From contig NIVC01001304.1 of NCBI GenBank assembly GCA_002269645.1, positions 253,233 through 317,232 on the forward strand: a stretch of 64,000 nt of DNA, given 5' to 3'. Source of the DNA: Macrostomum lignano. Taxonomy: Eukaryota. Position 1 is the first letter of the stretch. Every line of letters starts with the position of its first letter. Of this stretch, positions 1 to 13,210 are shown piece by piece. The position numbers and the translations under genes are program-made. Under the pieces are notes generated by a model. It worked only from the letters and a program-made list of their open reading frames with translations, had not been told where the DNA came from and did not search any database.

Positions 1-164
1 TCTGCAGCTCCCTGACACAAATGTGGCACCCAAGTTCTGCAGTTTCCTGACACAAATGTGGCACCCAAGTTCTGCAGCTCCCTGACACAAATGTGGCACC
101 CAAGTTCTGCAGCTCCCTGACACAAATGTGGCACCCAAGTTCTGCAGCTCCCTGACACAAATGT
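1..164. repeat. 35-bp minisatellite (left part, runs off window)
   Basis: Unit TCTGCAGCTCCCTGACACAAATGTGGCACCCAAGT, about 4.7 copies; same unit resumes at 4045. Confidence 0.95.
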
Positions 165-306
165 CAAGAGACAAAGGTAGAGAAGTGAGTGAGGAGAGAG
201 GAGAGGAAAGAGGAGAATGGAGAGGGGAGAGAGTAGAGAGAGGAGGAGAGATAAGAGAGAAAAACAGAGAAGAGAGAGAGAGAGAGAGGAGAGATAAGAG
301 AGAGAC

Positions 307-371
<65 letters not shown>

Positions 372-815
372 GGGGAGCAGAGAGAAATGAGAAGAGATAA
401 GAGAGAAAAGATAAAAGAAGAGAAAGGAAAGATGAGAGAGCAAAGACGAGAGAAAAGAGGTGAGGGAAGAGACGAGAGAAGAGGGGAGAGATGAGAGATT
501 AGAGGAGAGAGTTAAGAGAAGAGAGAAAAGAATAGAAAGGAGAATGAAGATCAGAGAGAAGAGGGGGTGAGAGGAGAGAGGAGAGGGGAGAGAGGAGAGA
601 GGAGAGGAGAGAGAAAACGAAAAAGTAGAGAGGAGAGAGGAGAGGAGAGAGAAAAGAAGAGACAAGAGATGAGATAAGAGAGATGAAAGAGAAGAGAGAT
701 GAGGGAAGATACAAGAGAAGAGGGGAGAGAGGAGAGAGGAGAGACGAGGGATGAGAGAGAAGAAAGGAAACAAAGAGACGATAAAAATTTTAAAGGATCC
801 AAGGGACGTAGGGAG
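165..815. repeat. GA-rich polypurine low-complexity tract including (GA)n
   Basis: Almost exclusively A/G on + strand; pure (GA)n at about 315-368. Confidence 0.9.
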
Positions 816-3429
816 AGTCAGGGAGAGACCAGAGTTTAGCAATATATGTTTTAGAGTCAGACAGACATTGCCTGACATTCTGCGCAGTACCCCAGCCAAC
901 AATGTCTCAAACCCTAATTTTACACGAATGTGCTCCATTTTATGTCTACCTCTATCCTACTAACTATTAACAAGTTTTTGTTTGTGTATGGCCTTAGATT
1001 TCAGAATACATGCAAAAGTAGTTCCGGGTATTGGAATTCCCCGGGTTCAAAATCCGCGGGTTTCAACAGCTTGTTTTATTCTAAATCTTGTCAATCAACT
1101 TTGGGAAGGGCATAGACATAACTCATATGAGCTGCTTGTTCCATTTATATTTTGGGAGTCATTGTGGTAGAGATTGCTTGAATTTGGTAAAAAATCTGCA
1201 AACTTGATGATATCAGTGGATAGGGCAGATCAAATGGAGATTTTCAAACAAATTGTTAGAAACCAATGGTTGCATGCTTTTGCAAAATGCTTGCATTCAT
1301 CTGTTAGTACAGTTTTAGCTACAATCAGACATGTGAAATATGCAAAATACAAGTACCATAAGATTGGACCAAAGGCACAATCATTTTTAGATAGACTTCT
1401 TTTAGTCCCATCAAAGTTTGTATGTTATTCTGTGGTAATGACCTCATGCTCATGCTGTACTTGGCAGATCTAGGTTTTTACTCCAGGGGTCTTGCTTGGT
1501 TGCACTACTACACATGGGAACACCAACTACAATATAGATACCAAACTGATATATATTGCTCGGAATTTAATTGAATTCAATCAGATCACACTATATTTAA
1601 TACCTGCAGCTATTTTGGAATATTTGATAGCTATCTCTAATGCCAGCCCCTCATAAAGAATATATTACTATCCAAATCTTTGTGCCTTTCTCTTGAATTT
1701 GCTACATTAATTGGAACTCACAGTTATATATACAAACAGTTTTTTCAAGCTCAACTTGAGTCCATGCAGTTCAGGGGTTGCACCTAGGGATTGCAAATCC
1801 TGGCTGTTCTACAATCCTGGGACATACATGCGCAACCTTCGGAATCACTCGGCCGTTTCTATTGGTAACACCTACATGTACACCTACACTGGGTCTAGTG
1901 TCTTGTCTCAGCTATCTTATTGTATAATATCTTATGCCTAGATTTATAGAGAAGTAAAAATGTTTACATAATATCAAAAACTTGTTCTGCCAAATTTCAA
2001 AAAATATATTTATGTAAAATTTTCTGCATCCAGGATGCCATTTTATACTCATTTTGGTGTTTTTGGTTTCACAGGCCTGATTGAAAAATTACATAATAAT
2101 TGATAATAAAACATGATTTAATTTATTGTTTATAATGTATTAAACATACATCAATGGCCTATCTAGGATTTTTAGACATGGCAATTATTGAAATTAGCAA
2201 AAATTGTGATTTTTTGTTAAAATCTCTACCTATAAAAATCAAAACTCTGTCTGTCTGTAGACAAATTACTTCACTATGGACTCCCAAACTGCTCAACCAA
2301 ATGACACCAAACTTGACACCCACCCTAAACTTACTACGGAGAATGTCTTAGGCTACCTTTAAATTTCCTAGACTCAAGTCTTCCTACCTAAAAGTGCAAA
2401 AAACTGCTCAAAATGCGCGATTTTTTTACTAAAGCCTCCTTAGCGCCGCTCCACTTCTACCGATCCTCTTCAAATTTGACACAATCAATTTTCAACTATT
2501 TTGACACAATCGTGTAAAATTTCGAATCTGAAAGTTAATCCTGAACGGCGCTGTGCACTTTTAAAGTTTGGCTGTTTTTTTCAGCGAGGCAGCCACCCCA
2601 ACCTCCGCCCGCCTGCCTCTTTCCCGATCTGGGCAAAGGGTGTAAATGGGTTTTAAAATGACTAACTTTCGGCTGCCATAAGTCTGCTCCACGTGAAGCG
2701 ATTGACTTCAAACTTAACACAATTCTTCTTTGATTCATTCTCTGTCTAAATGTAAAGTTTCAACTCTCTAACTCAATCAGAACAGAAACTGTAAGCATGT
2801 GAAGTTTGTCTGCTTTTTCTGCTGTTTGTGCCACTCACTCACTCATTGCCCCAGAGCCAGACGAAGGGTCAGGCGATAGGACTGAATGTACATAGCAAAT
2901 GTACAGTGTTTTGGAATAACTTTATTTATAGCCTTCTCTGCACCCCGAGAGTGGAGAGGCTACGTTTAGCCATAACAGTTTAGTGAGAAATTCTAACCAC
3001 TGCCCTCCCCTCTGTATTGGCAAACTCTGCAGCAGTTTAACAGTGGATGGCAATTGGCAATTGGCAAATCGAGGGAATCCACTATCCAGCATGGTTTGTG
3101 AAAGCGAAAGATTTATGAAAAGGCGATGCCATGCAATGCAATACAACCCTACTAAATTAGGCACACCATGGAAATTTTAGGTTTCTTTTAAAGGTACTGT
3201 GTAAATATTAAATGGCCTTCTAAGAAATGCGTATTTCCTTGGTTGTTAGACTGATGCAGACTGCAGTGGAGCTGAAGATACACAAATTCCTTTCAGGGCT
3301 GCAAATTGGCAAGAAAGATGACGTGATCGAAGCATGAGAACAACCATGAGAGTACTACGTCCCACAAACTGGCTTTTCAAGCAGGGATGGGCAGACTTTT
3401 ACCTCAAAGGCCAGATAAAGAATTCAGCT

Positions 3430-4044
3430 CATAGCTGAGGGGCAGATGAAAGTGGAAAGAAGAAGGAATAGACGATTCGAAGAGAGGAGAGGCGACAGAG
3501 GGGATAAAAGAAAAGATAAAAGATAATAGGAGAGATGAGGGGGTGAGGACGATGAGAGAGAGGGGGAGAAGAGGGGAGAGAAGAAAAGCGAGAGGAGAGA
3601 GTAGAGATGAGAGAGCAGACAGCAGACAGCAGAGAGGAGAGCAGAGAGGAAACAGGTGAAAGAAGAGATGAGAGAGTAAAGGGAAGAGAGAAGAGATAAA
3701 GATACATCTCTACATCTCTAAGGTTGTAGAGATGAGAGAGGTGGAAGGAGAGATGAGAAATGAGAGATGAGAGATAACGGAGAGAGGAGAGTGGAGTGAG
3801 AGAAGAGAGGGAGACAGAGTATAGAAAAGGGAAGAGAAGAGAAAAGAAAGGAGAAAGGAAAGTGAGGAGTCAAAAGAGGGGAAAGAAAAGAGTACAGAGG
3901 AGAGAGGTGAGAGAAGATATAAGACAGAGATGCCAGATTAAAGAGGGGGATGAGAGAGCAGAGACGAGAGTGAACAGATAAAAGATGGGAGAGTAGAGAG
4001 AACAGAGGAGAGGTTACAGAGACGAGAGGAGAGAGGAGAGAGTC
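3430..4044. repeat. Second GA-rich polypurine tract
   Basis: A/G-dominated + strand, same polarity as 165-815. Confidence 0.9.
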
Positions 4045-4700
4045 ATGTGGCACCCAAGTTCTGCAGTTTCCTGACACAAATGTGGCACCCAAGTTCTGCA
4101 GCTCCCTGACACAAATGTGGCACCCAAGTTCTGCAGCTCCCTGACACAAATGTGGCACCCAAGTTCTGCAGCTCCCTGACACAAATGTGGCACCCAAGTT
4201 CTGCAGCTCCCTGACACAAATGTGGCACCCAAGTTCTGCAGTTTCCTGACACAAATGTGGCACCCAAGTTCTGCAGCTCCCTGACACAAATGTGGCGCCC
4301 AAGTTCTGCAGTTTCCTGACACAATTGTGGCGCCGAAGTTCTGCAGTTTCCTGACACAAATGTGGCACCCAAGTTCTGCAGTTTCCTGACACAAATGTGG
4401 CGCCCAAGTTCTGCAGTTTCCTGACACAATTGTGGCGCCGAAGTTCTGCAGTTTCCTGACACAAATGTGGCACCCAAGTTCTGCAGCTCCCTGACACAAA
4501 TGTGGCACCCAAGTTCTGCAGTTTCCTGACACAAATGTGGCACCCAAGTTCTGCAGCTCCCTGACACAAATGTGGCGCCCAAGTTCTGCAGTTTCCTGAC
4601 ACAATTGTGGCGCCGAAGTTCTGCAGTTTCCTGACACAATTGTGGCGCCGAAGTTCTGCAGCTCCCTGACACAAATGTGGCACCCAAGTTCTGCAGTTTC
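4045..4700. repeat. 35-bp minisatellite (right part) in MINPP1 intron 4
   Basis: About 19 copies of the same 35-bp unit as at 1-164, with a few variant alleles. Confidence 0.95.
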
Positions 4701-4733
4701 CCAACAGAAATAGTAAAAACAAGAGGAGCTCAC

Positions 4734-7700
4734 CTGGCCATGACGGGAAAAAGAGTCTCAGCGTGCCCAAAGTACAGCACAGTGGAATTCGCCACTGGCG
4801 CCTGCGCCGAAGCGGCGCCTCCCGCCCGCTCACGCTGGGCTGCTCGGACCAAATTGGCGGCCAGGTCGGAGACCAGCGGGCAGGCGATGAGGCTGCTGAG
4901 GTCGTAGCCGTGAGACTTGCGCCAGTAGTGCTTCAGGTCTGGTGGGAGGACGGGTAAAGCAAGACTTTGTCAGTACAACTGGGGATCTGGGAGGCTGGCC
5001 CAGCAACTGAAGATCTGGGAGGCTGGCCCAGCAACTGAAGATCTGGGAGGCTGGCCCAGCAACTGAGGATCTGGGAGGCCGGCCCAGCAACTGAAGATCT
5101 GGGAGGCTGGCCCAGCAACTGAAGATCTGGGAGGCTGGCCCAGCAACTGAGGATCTGGGAGGCTGGCCCAGCAACTGAGGATCTGGGAGGCCGGCCCAGC
5201 AACTGAAGATCTGGGAGGCTGGCCCAGCAACTGAAGATCTGGGAGGCTGGCCCAGCAACTGAGGATCTGGGAGGCCGGCCCAGCAACTGAAGATCTGGGA
5301 GGCTGGCCCAGCAACTGAAGATCTGGGAGGCTGGCCCAGCAACTGAGGATCTGGGAGGCTGGCCCAGCAACTGAGGATCTGGGAGGCTGGCCCAACCCAA
5401 GAATCCAGTTGTGGGAAAGCAATCCGAAAAACTCACCCAGCAGGAATTCCACAGCCTCGTGCGCATCCGGGTCCTGCACCAGCCGGCACCAGGGACTGTC
5501 GCCAGGCACGGTGAGGTTGCTGGCCATCTCCATGCCGCACAGGCTGAAGGCCATGGCCAGGTCGGCTGGGCTCAGGTCGATGTCCGTTAGGCCCAGCCGC
5601 TCCTGGGCCGCCTTGGCTGCGGCGCGGAGTTCCGGCCCGGCCATGAACTTCCGGTACTCCCGCTTGCCGTCCGGCCCGTCGTCAATAGTGGCCTGTTGGT
5701 GAGGCATTAAAGCAACTCAATAAGTAGCTAGTAGCGAAAAAACAGCCGATATGTATCGACAATATAAAAGATGGCCTACTGGAGAGTAGCAACATAAGAA
5801 TTTTAAGTGTCTTTTATAATGCATGCGAAAAAGTAGCGCACGGATCGTTAAATTGAACTTATGAAGTCGTGAACGCGTGTATACATGCGCAACAGTATTT
5901 GGCGGCCAACCAAGGTAAGTCGCAAAAATGCCCACTAGAAGGAATACAGACGTAGTACTAATTAGATGACGATGCATTTAGCCTTAATAGGACAGTAATA
6001 GTTACTCTTGCCGTTTACCCAAAATTGCGTTAAGCTTCTTTTACAGGTAAGTCGCATGGCCGACCGAATTTTGGAGGTTGCGCATGTATGATTACGCGTG
6101 TGTCCACAGGTGAGGCCTGGCTCACCAGTGAAGACCAGCAGACAAAGATTCAAGACTCAGAGACCGATCTCACTTTTGGAGGCACATGCAGAAGTTCACA
6201 GATAGCGTTAGAGTTAGTACAGCTAGCTGCCGATATGTATCGATAAATTACTTGAACAACAAAGTCAACAAACAGGCACAAAACACTGCGCACCTTAAAC
6301 TTGTGGCAGTCGTCGTAGAACCGGATGTGCGCATCGGCAACCCGCACGGCGATGTCAGCGTCAGTCAGGCCGGCCCCGTGCAGGAAACTCTTGGCACTTT
6401 CGAAGGCCCGATCCGAGCTGGAGCTGAGCACCGCCACGGACTCGTGGCTGGCTAGCAAGTTCGGATAGCGCAGGGCGATTCGGCTGCCAAGCAGCTCGTG
6501 CTCCTGGTGGCCCACATTGCTGAGACTCTTGCCGCCGCCAGTCAGGGCGAACGGGCTCGACCAGCCCGTGGCCGTCTTGGCGAACGCCGGCTCCGAGCGG
6601 AAGGCGCTGGCCAGGCGGTGCAGAACCACCTCGGCGCGTCTCACCTGCGCGATATGGCAGGGGGTTTTGCAACAGACTCTACTGGCATTGCACTGATATT
6701 GAGATACTATAAAGCTACTGACCACAAACTTGAGATAATCACATCCTGAAGCTGCATCTAGACTGTCCCAAAATTGACCCACTCATCTTGAAGCTATCAC
6801 AAAATAAGTATGATTATCCGGAAGCTACCAACAACCTAACACAACCATCCCTGAAGCTACCAACAACTTAACACAACCATCCCTGAAGCTACCAACAACC
6901 TAACACAACCATCCCTGAAGCTACCAAATACTGTGTATAATCATCTTGAAGCTACCAAATACTGTGTATAATCATCTTGAAGCTACCAAATACTGTGTAT
7001 AATCATCTTGAAGCTACCAAATACTGTGTATAATCATCTTGAAGCTACCAAATACTGTGTATAATCATCTTGAAGCTACCAAATACTGTGTATAATCATC
7101 TTGAAGCTACCAAATACTGTGTATAATCATCTTGAAGCTACCAAATACTGTGTATAATCATCTTGAAGCTACAACAACAAATAGTAACTTATATTATACA
7201 AACAAATAGTAGTTTAGGACAATAATCATTCTAAAGCCACAACAAACTGGATAATCCTCATACTGAAGCCATCATAAACTGGATAATCCTCATACTGAAG
7301 CCATCATAAACTGGATAATCCTCATACTGAAGCCATCATAAACTGGATAATCCTCATACTGAAGCCATCATAAACTGGATAATCATCATACTGAAGCCAT
7401 CATAAACTGGATAATCATCATACTGAAGCCATCAAACTGTATAATCATACTAAAGCCATTACAAACTGGATAATCATACTGAAGCCATCACAAACTGGAT
7501 AATCATCAAACAAAATCCATCACAAACAGCAACTGGATAATCATCATACTGAAGCCATCATAAACTGGATAATCATCATACTGAAGCCATCACCAACAGC
7601 AACTGGATAATCATGATACTAAAGCCATCAAAAACCAGATAATTATCATACTGAAATCATACTGAAGTGATTGCAACCTAGTTGGGATATACATCTGGTA

Positions 7701-8105
7701 GGGCAGAGTCCGGAAACCTATGTTTCCTATGGAGTCAGGCATTTGTTCAGCCCACGGCAATAATCACATCAATCAACATCAGGACCAACATTACAAACCA
7801 AAAGAATTCCATGCAAGCCTCACCTGCTTGACAGAGGGCCCCCGAGACCCATGCCGCAGCATCATGATGAGCTGCCTGGCTGCGCAGCCTTCGGCAACGC
7901 CAGACGGGGCAGGCAGGTCGGGGAAAATTCTCTCCACATTGCGGTAGGCAGTTTTGGTGCCGAATCTGTTCAGCGGAGGCTGCACAGTGTCCGGCGGGGC
8001 AGCCGAGATCTTGGCATCAGCGGGCGGCAGCCACACGGCCAGGCAGATCGCAGACACCACTAATAGTGCCTGGCGAAGACAATGACGCACTGCTTTGTCT
8101 GGCAT
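4734..8105 (-). CDS. MINPP1: Multiple inositol polyphosphate phosphatase 1-like histidine phosphatase, exons 1-4 (3' exons outside window)
   Basis: Phase-consistent GT-AG exons 8105-7824 (alternative in-frame ATGs at 8117 and 8174), 6644-6294, 5692-5437, 4938-4734. Protein has a signal-peptide-like N-terminus, FGTKTAY, catalytic RHGSRGP, RFYDDC, SPWC, DLKHYW..GY and FGHAETL (HAE motif typical of MINPP). Confidence 0.9.
4978..5395. repeat. 28-bp minisatellite filling MINPP1 intron 3
   Basis: Unit GATCTGGGAGGCTGGCCCAGCAACTGAA, about 15 copies. Confidence 0.95.
6805..7660. repeat. Three related 31-32-bp minisatellite blocks in MINPP1 intron 1
   Basis: GAAGCTACCAACAACCTAACACAACCATCCCT, then GAAGCTACCAAATACTGTGTATAATCATCTT, then GAAGCCATCATAAACTGGATAATCCTCATACT. 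Confidence 0.9.
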
Positions 8106-8332
8106 CTTTATTTGCATAGCACAGGGAGCTTGAGGCAGGGATGCAGAAGCAAAGGAATCATTCGAATTAGCCATTCAAATTATTACTAGTGTAGTGAGCC
8201 ACTAGGACTAATTTTAGGTATCTCACTGTAGTCAACAGCATCCTTGCATTGCTCTTGAACTGCTAACAGATCCCATTTTGCTCTGTTGGTCTGCCTGTTC
8301 CCAGCCTTCTTTTTTGCTCTGTGCTCTTGTTG

Positions 8333-9376
8333 TTGCCACTGGCATCTCTGCTATGGTCTGCTCTTGTTTGCAGCCACTGGCATCTCTGCTATGGTCTGCT
8401 CTTGTTTGCAGCCACTGGCATCTCTGCTATGGTCTGCTCTTGTTTGCAGCCACTGGCATCTCTGCTATGGTCTGCTCTTGTTTGCAGTCACTGGCATCTC
8501 TGCTATGGTCTGCTGCTGTTTGCAGCCACTGGCATCTCTGCTATGGTCTGCTCTTGTTTGCAGTCACTGGCATCTCTGCTATGGTCTGCTGCTGTTTGCA
8601 GCCACTGGCATCTCTGCTATGGTCTGCTGCTGTTTGCAGCCACTGGCATCTCTGCTATGGTCTGCTGTTGTTTGCAGCCACTGGCATCTCTGCTATGGTC
8701 TGCTGTTGTTTGCAGCCACTGGCATCTCTGCTATGGTCTGCTCTTGTTTGCAGCCACTGGCATCTCTGCTATGGTCTGCTGCTGTTTGCAGCCACTGGCA
8801 TCTCTGCTATGGTCTGCTGCTGTTTGCAGCCACTGGCATCTCTGCTATGGTCTGCTGTTGTTTGCAGCCACTGGCATCTCTGCTATGGTCTGCTGCTGTT
8901 TGCAGCCACTGGCATCTCTGCTATGGTCTGCTGCTGTTTGCAGCCACTGGCATCTCTGCTATGGTCTGCTGCTGTTTGCAGCCACTGGCATCTCTGCTAT
9001 GGTCTGCTGCTGTTTGCAGCCACTGGCATCTCTGCTATGGTCTGCTGCTGTTTGCAGCCACTGGCATCTCTGCTGTGGTCTGCTGCTGTTTGCAGCCACT
9101 GGCATCTCTGCTATGGTCTGCTGCTGTTTGCAGCCACTGGCATCTCTGCTATGGTCTGCTGCTGTTTGCAGCCACTGGCATCTCTGCTATGGTCTGCTGC
9201 TGTTTGCAGCCACTGGCATCTCTGCTATGGTCTGCTGTTGTTTGCAGCCACTGGCATCTCTGCTATGGTCTGCTGCTGTTTGCAGCCACTGGCATCTCTG
9301 CTATGGTCTGCTGCTGTTTGCAGCCACTGGCATCTCTGCTATGGTCTGCTGTTGTTTGCAGCTACTGGCATCTCTG
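8333..9376. repeat. 38-bp minisatellite upstream of MINPP1 start
   Basis: Unit GCCACTGGCATCTCTGCTATGGTCTGCTGCTGTTTGCA, about 27 copies. Confidence 0.95.
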
Positions 9377-9668
9377 ATGTGGTCTGCTCTTCGTTTGCAC
9401 AAGTCTAGAGGTCACTATTAGCTAATATATATCTCCATAGTTAGGAAGATGTCCTGTATGCCAGAATTTTCTGGTATGCATTAGCCCTTCATAGTTCATT
9501 GGCGTGCATATTTGGGTGCATATTTGGCATGCTTGAATCTTAAAAAAAGTGTTTGGCATACAAAAATAGTGTACAAAGCTCTTTGAAAATGGATGCAAGT
9601 ATCTTAGTTTTTCACTGTTTCTGTAATGAAATGTAGAACATTTTAAAGAAAAAGGCAGCAGTTGGAAG

Positions 9669-10174
9669 TAGGGATTGCAATCCCAGGATCCCAGGATCCC
9701 AAAATCCCAGGATTGGGCCTAAATCCCGGGATTTCCAGTCCCAGTATATAGCATCCCAAATCCCGGGACTAATTTTTGTTATTATTTTTACAAAAAGCAT
9801 TACAATATGAACATAATTGGGCCTACAACTAGTTGATTATACTGTACTAATTTCCATTAATTGCCTCACATTGCTGGCACCTTTTTAAACCCCACATCAC
9901 AGATTTAAATGTGAAATTTGTTCCAATGTAAATTTGATATATGATTTGTTTCTTTACTACTAATTAGTACCTTTATACTAATTACTTAAATACAAGCTAT
10001 GTCACAAGATAATGCTGTTTTACATCTACAAAAAGATCATTATCTCTATAACAATCAAAAATAGAAGCAAAAATATAATTAGTGCATATCTTGCCTTGAA
10101 ATTTCAACCCAGAAGCTTAAAAATCTGTATTTTTCTTATTCGAAGATTGAATCCCAGGATTGGCCAAATCCCTA
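9669..10174. mobile_element. hAT-like MITE
   Basis: Starts TAGGGATTGCAATCCCAGG and ends AATCCCTA, with subterminal ATCCCAGGAT repeats; flanking 8-mers only 5/8 identical (GTTGGAAG / GTTAGGTG). Confidence 0.55.
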
Positions 10175-12394
10175 GTTAGGTGACAGAAGTGTAAACAAAA
10201 AACTAGTATTTTTTTAATGTGATAGTGCTATTTTAAAGAATTTAGGTACTAAAACTTTGTGTAATTGAAAGTTTATATAAAGGGATAATAGACATGGCAC
10301 TTTTTTTTATAATATAAATGTAAATGTCAAATTTAACACTGGAAAAATGTCCTTTATTGCCATAGCAAAAAAGTAAGGTTGCATAATTTTGAAATTTTGG
10401 TATACATGATAGTCACATTTCCAATTTTTGGAATACTTGGCATATACCTAAAATTTTGCCAAAAAATCTGGTATACATTAGACACCTTGACAATTGGTAA
10501 TATGATAACATGATAAATATAAGGCCTAGGCTACATTGAATATTTGATAATTGAAAACCTATTTGATATTGACACATCTGTAAGAATATATTTAAAGGTA
10601 TCACATCATATCAGGACTAACATATTTAGAAACCTTTGCTACTAAATCTAGTATTACTATATCAATCTTCTATCTATTTCTATATATAGAAAAATCTATA
10701 TATAAGCCATAGGTTGGAAGGCGAATATATGCTAGGATTTCCTGGCATACAACAAGGTCAAGGATATTTACCATTGTGCTAGGGACTTCTTTCCTCTGAA
10801 ACAATCCTACCACTGTTACCAAAAGCTATCCCAGGGCTCTCTCTTCTTTATTCTGGGGTAATCTTGTTTGCTGCCACCAAATTGATATAGGGGTTACCTG
10901 TCCCTTAAAATAATCCTAACAATGCCACCAAAGTTGTTATAAGGTTAGTTTTTTATAAGTCTCTTGAATATTGCAACTAGCAATTTTAATATAAAATGAT
11001 TATATTAGTTTGCAAAGCAAATTTGCTAGCTTGCAAATAGTTGCTTTCTTGGCCTACTCTGGGCTTTTATTTATACAAAATTTCTTTACTATTTATAACA
11101 AGGATTGATCGCAAAAATATTTTTGTTATTCATAACATTTAAACAAAGAATTTTTAGTTTGGATTTGAAATTAAGCTTTATAGGAAACAAAATGAAAAGA
11201 GTAATTTTAGAGCAAATAATTATACAGTATCATTAATGTACTATCTCAACATTTTTTAGCATACATTAGCATACATCCCAGCATACATGACACAGTAGAA
11301 AATTTTCAGCTTATATCTATGACATACCTACATACATGTTAGGATAAAATAAAGTGACTTTATGAAGAATAGGCTATATACAATACTGTCATCATAGAGC
11401 AATAATTAAAAAAACAAATTTAAACTTTCATTCTTAAAGACTTATTTTTTTCTCAATTTTTAACAAATTTAATATACTTCTTTTATAATTGTACTTTCTC
11501 ATTGCACATTGCAAAAGAGCATAATTTTAAAGTTTATTATTCTGCATGAATAATAAATTCAAAAATGAAAAAACATACAACTTCATGGTGTAAATAGTTA
11601 AAAACTTTTTTGTCCCAGCATACAAACGTGGTCCTGTACTTTTTATCCTACCAGACCTAGTGTACATTAATATACAATCTGAACTATAGTATATGAGAGC
11701 AAGTTATATAGCAAATAAACCAACCTTTCATAAGCTAAAAATCTCTAGTGGTTTAATATAAATACTCAGAGTTTGAAATAAATTGTTAGGCCTACTTATT
11801 TCAAAGCCTGATTTGAGAACAGTGCAAAATGGTTTACTAAGACTAAGAGTAAGAGTTAAAAAGTTATACAAAGGAATACTAAGAATTAGCACTGTGATCT
11901 TCTGATCTCAGTAATACCCAATTGGACAAATACATGCACTAGTATTAGAATTAGACTGCTTAGGCTAGAATGCTGCTATTACATATAAGATGTGCTGCTA
12001 ATATATAAAATGCTACCCAGAATGCTATTATCTCTACATATAAAAATCAAAACTTATACTATATATAAAAGACAATTTCTAGAAATGTACTAGATATTAA
12101 TCTAAGAAATATTAGCCTAGACATATTAATAGTAGACATTTATAAAAGAAAGAGCCTAATATTCTATTATAACTGGTGTAGCTTAATGGTGGGATATTTA
12201 CAATGAGAATAGTAGAATACCTGTTAAAACTTGGTGGCATCAGTGTGATTTATAAATTGAGAGAAAAAAGACCTATTATAATCACTAGGCCTTATTAGTA
12301 GGAAATAAGAAATTATGTTATAGACCTAAGCCTAGGCCCTATTCTTATCCATATTTAAACATTTAGAACTGTAAGTTATCTTGGTATATGGCTA

Positions 12395-12540
12395 GGTTCC
12401 TGGACACTTCGTCATCTTACCACTTCGTCATCTTGATGACGAAGTGACCATGGTTTTTGGATGCTTCGTCATATCAAAAAATGTTAGTAAATCTAGATGA
12501 CGAAGTGACCAAATTTTGAGGACACTTCGTCATCCCAAGA
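12395..12540. mobile_element. Terminal fragment of a non-autonomous DNA transposon with CACTTCGTCATC motifs
   Basis: GGTTCCTGGACACTTCGTCATC start, perfect hairpin CACTTCGTCATC-TT-GATGACGAAGTG, motif repeated in both orientations; resembles the 12738-13210 element. Confidence 0.5.
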
Positions 12541-12737
12541 TTTAGCAATGCTGTAAATTGTTATTCGATTGTTATTGTTATAAATTGTTACTCAATCATA
12601 TTAGTCAATTTTGTCTGTTGTCGCTATAATTGCCATCCAATGTACACAATGTATACGCAGTTTGCATATGCACGCTTTAATGTACGAGTACATAAAGATG
12701 GCTAGGCCTATCTTTAATGGCTACAGGTATACTATAG

Positions 12738-13210
12738 AATTACAATCACTTTGGCAACAGTCATTTTGGTGACACATTTGGATCACTTTGGCAACAATTA
12801 ATAGCAGCTAAAGGATGTATTTTTTGCCAATGAAACTTCAAATTAAAAAGTGTGGTTTATCTGGATTTATTGAAAAAGCAACACAAATTTTCAGTATTTC
12901 ATTATGAACGCTTACAATAAATACGATAAAGTACAAAATGAATTGACTTGTATTATATAGTACTGTAAGTATTGTGATAAATTTATTTGGCATATTGGCA
13001 TGTATAGGCATATACACTTGTGAAGTTTCATTGGCAAAAAATATATGTATTATAAATGTATTCATTTTAGCTGGCTTAGATGTTATTAATTGTCACCAAA
13101 GTGATCCAAATGTGTCGCCAAAATGACTGTCACCAAAGTGACTTGTTGCCAAAGTGACTGTCATTGAACTACTGAAGTGACGTGTCGCGTCGCCGAAGTG
13201 ATCGGTTACC
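12738..13210. mobile_element. MULE/Mutator-like MITE
   Basis: About 60-bp inverted repeats (12745-12803 vs 13084-13142) and an exact 9-bp flanking duplication ATACTATAG (12729-12737, 13211-13219). Confidence 0.7.

Noticed and set aside
870-2525. Inverted-repeat pair defining a transposon inside the 3.9-kb insert
   Set aside because: Matches are short, degenerate and in inconsistent order; no TSD
8278-9421. Long Cys/Trp-rich ORFs in three frames (also 3718-4833, 35218-36738, 41708-42616, 47278-48055, 57929-58444, 62004-63277)
   Set aside because: They are translations of stop-free minisatellite units, open in several frames and on both strands, with no non-repeat coding context
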